Assembly (NCBI RefSeq): GCF_000981445.1
Contig: NC_027216.1
Location: 310,001 to 374,000, forward strand
Direction: 5' to 3'
From: Babesia bigemina
Lineage: Eukaryota
Length of the DNA stretch: 64,000 bases
The notes beneath the pieces were generated by a model. It searched no databases. It saw nothing but the letters and a program-made list of their open reading frames with translations, and was not told where the DNA came from. A program made the position numbers and the translations under genes. This document shows positions 61,290 to 64,000 of the stretch, in pieces (position 1 is the stretch's first letter; each line of letters begins with the position of its first letter).

Positions 61290-64000
61290 ACCATACCACT
61301 TGTGATGGCAAGCGGGCGATACAGAGCTCAAAAACGCAAACTTCACATCGATACGCGGTAACACCATCACTGCATGTTCTGCACCAAATGTCAGGATGTT
61401 GATTCATGAAAGTTAATAAGACCAAATATTAAGCTGTCAAGTCATACTAGGTCTAAGCATCAAGATGCTGTGCACCTAACGGGGCCGTGTATTTTCGCAA
61501 CTGCTATGCTAACAAGCTACGCCAAGCGTTATTGATATCTCGTTCGCCCAAGGGGTTGTGGAGGAGTGCTCAGCTTTGTTAATGAACTTTCCGTTGCCAC
61601 ATGGAGTCGGGTATGCAGACATTTAGTTGTATGGAGCTGCATGAACGCAGGTCTAATTGCGTCACGAGCTCGATTCGCGAGACGCCCATAGTTGTTTTTG
61701 ACGCCAGTGCAGTGGACGAAGACCGTATCCACAAAGCTTGCTAAAACTGCATTTCAAAAACTTGGAGTGTTTCGTGAGTGGTGAAGAGATGCCAACCCAC
61801 TGGTGCTGCGGGCTCAGAATCAACGCGTGGCGGCTTATCCAGCTATTGTATGCTCTACTCAGTAGAAAGCCCAGAAGCCAGCGAGGTCGTAGAGCACGTT
61901 CAATACATCTTTGTTCACATCGCTCAACGCACTGCGTATATCTGAACTACGCACCTTACCACGCTTTGGTTGCCCCTCGTAACCCAGAGTTTCCAAAACA
62001 CTTATCAAACTGTGCTCCTGAATAGAAGCCGGTCCTTCCATAAATGCATCTGCAGCCGCATCAATCAAACAACGCAGGCCTGCATACAACATAGGTGCAA
62101 TGCCTACGAGAACCACTGCGCAAACTTCTGGGTCATGCGTGCACGAGGAAGCCCACGTCGCCTGTAAGCTGTAGGTACGATTATAGCGGCGTGTCCTTTT
62201 AATGTAGTCCAAGAACTTCTCGGTACTATGAACAACTTTACCAAGGTTCTTTGCGATGGTTTCAGGTTCAATACTCTGAGTCTGTAAGACATTCTCGTAA
62301 TCACTTATGGCAATATCCTTAAATGCCCTGTCGAAAAAACCGAGGTTGCTATCCATAGCCACATTGTATCGTGTCAACAGCTCCTTTACATATGGATGGT
62401 GGTGAACCTCCAGTTGCATCAGGAACTCCTTTGAAACGCTTTTTACATCCTAAAGATCTCGCATCTCCATCTTGTCAACAGTTTTGTCTGCCAGGGAACT
62501 GATGAGTGCGGCACCCAATGCTGCTACGTTTCTTTTAGCACCATCTCCCCTCACGGCCACCAACCAGTCAATGGCTTCCTTCACGTTGCGAGGGACATTG
62601 GTCAACGAATTGTATACCATTTTGAAGGGTTAGTTAAATTACGCAATTATTGTAATGAAATCGTGTGAATATCGTGCCTATCTACTAATTGCGTCGCGAA
62701 GATCCCGCGTATGTAATAGGAACACTGAATGGAGGTAATGTCGTAATAGCGGGGAAGGACAAGACAAGTGTTGTTGCCTTCTAATACATATGCGCTTTAG
62801 CACGGTATGCGAATTCTTCTTAATGCGAACGAGGCAGACCTAGGCAAAGCAACGGCGACCCAAGTGCCGTATCGCAGCCAGTTCTAGACAATAAGCGTGG
62901 CATGTACTATGTAAAGCGCGAGTGATAGACGTGCATAAGTTTTAGCCAAAAAGGGCGTATACAGTAGCTCTGCATGTTGAATCAATGTGTCACAATGTGT
63001 AGATATTTCAACAATGTTGCAAGTGGTGTGTTGCTGCGCTTATGGAGTCGCGCGTTACACGCTGTTGATCGACCTCGCAATCATTCGGTGACGGAGTCAG
63101 ACGATTCTTCTACTGTCTAACGTGCGTATCGTAATTGTTTTGTGCTTTAGGTGATTGCGGCAACTGCGATTCCTAAGGTTTCTTGGCATGTAACAACTTC
63201 AGACGATGGCACCGTTGGTCGCCTTCCCTATAAATCAGGCATCATATCAGCGGTGATCGGCGGTTGCTGCAGAGTCTAGTGCACAATTAGTTTAGGTACT
63301 GCTGTGTGTATGCGTACGATCTTGTGTGTATGTGCGTCCTTCACATGTGTATTCTTGGGGGAATAGTTTGTTGGTTTGTAACCTAATCGTACGGCTCTAC
63401 TAGTAGGTGTTAATTGCGGAACATTGCAGCTCCTATGCGACGTTCTATAAAGCCTGAGGGAATCTCGAAATTTGACGCAATCTTCCACGGCGGGATTCCT
63501 GAACCGCAGTTGTACACATTGACATATATCGTTTGCCCATACCAATGTGAGCTCATTTGGATTTCAATTGAAGGTCATGCTTCCAGTTCAGGCTGCCACG
63601 TTTCCGCCGCACCCATATACCACGCTAATGGTCTAACAACGGTCTGTGTGAACCACGGTGTAGGATTAAGATGCAGTAGATTCATACCGATTCCTCAAGA
63701 GACACGACATATCACATCACGTGGGTACTCAAACAATCATTCGCATTCCGTACATTCATCTGGCGGACGCGTCACCGAATCTTACAAGGCGTTGTCGTGC
63801 TGCCGACTTTAGCGATCGCCAGACCAGAGCATAAACAAATAAACCGACGCATTCATGTATTACATTACTTTCTAGTTGCTGCTTAGGTGATATGCGCTTG
63901 TTATTACTGGATGTAAGCGTGTACAGCAAGGGTGAAGTGCACAAGGAGGGTAGGAAGCACTGCGTGAACGTAGTCCCCGTCTTTTCTTCAGCCAGGCTGT
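61290..64000 (-). repeat. Composite cassette copy 4 (runs off window end)
   Basis: Inverted homology to 34250-35290 and ~43960-45110; direct homology to 22145-22700 and 23330-24860. Confidence 0.85.
61859..62620 (-). pseudogene. Mosaic VESA-like 253-codon gene with premature TAG (62450-62452), cassette 4
   Basis: ATG at 62620 (MVYNSLTNVPRNVKEAIDWL); same codon-57 TAG as the 34200 copy; 3' part matches 34401-34961. Confidence 0.9.

Overview
Eukaryotic apicomplexan DNA, most likely a Babesia species. Evidence: many ~30-40 nt GT-AG introns, an apicoplast-targeted DXR, an ISP protein and VESA-like N-termini. Compact housekeeping blocks (DXR, FYVE-like protein, ALY/REF, REEP/HVA22, uS8, UCH, eL29, RRP4, tepsin, ISP, eL27, SNAP50, Vps18, two tRNA-Ala) are interrupted by multigene-family DNA. 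This includes a tandem array of four intronless 253-codon VESA-N-terminal-like genes (3.5-10.9 kb) and four dispersed copies of a composite cassette in both orientations: [6-Cys-like 3' remnant] - [gene built from 33-bp/11-aa repeats] - [conserved ~1.7-2 kb spacer] - [253-codon VESA-like gene] - [conserved 3' element]. Not every copy shows every module. The cassettes are patchwork mosaics of one another with shared crossover points and shared inactivating mutations. This pattern suggests an active segmental-duplication/gene-conversion system. Gene models were read by eye and no database searches were run.
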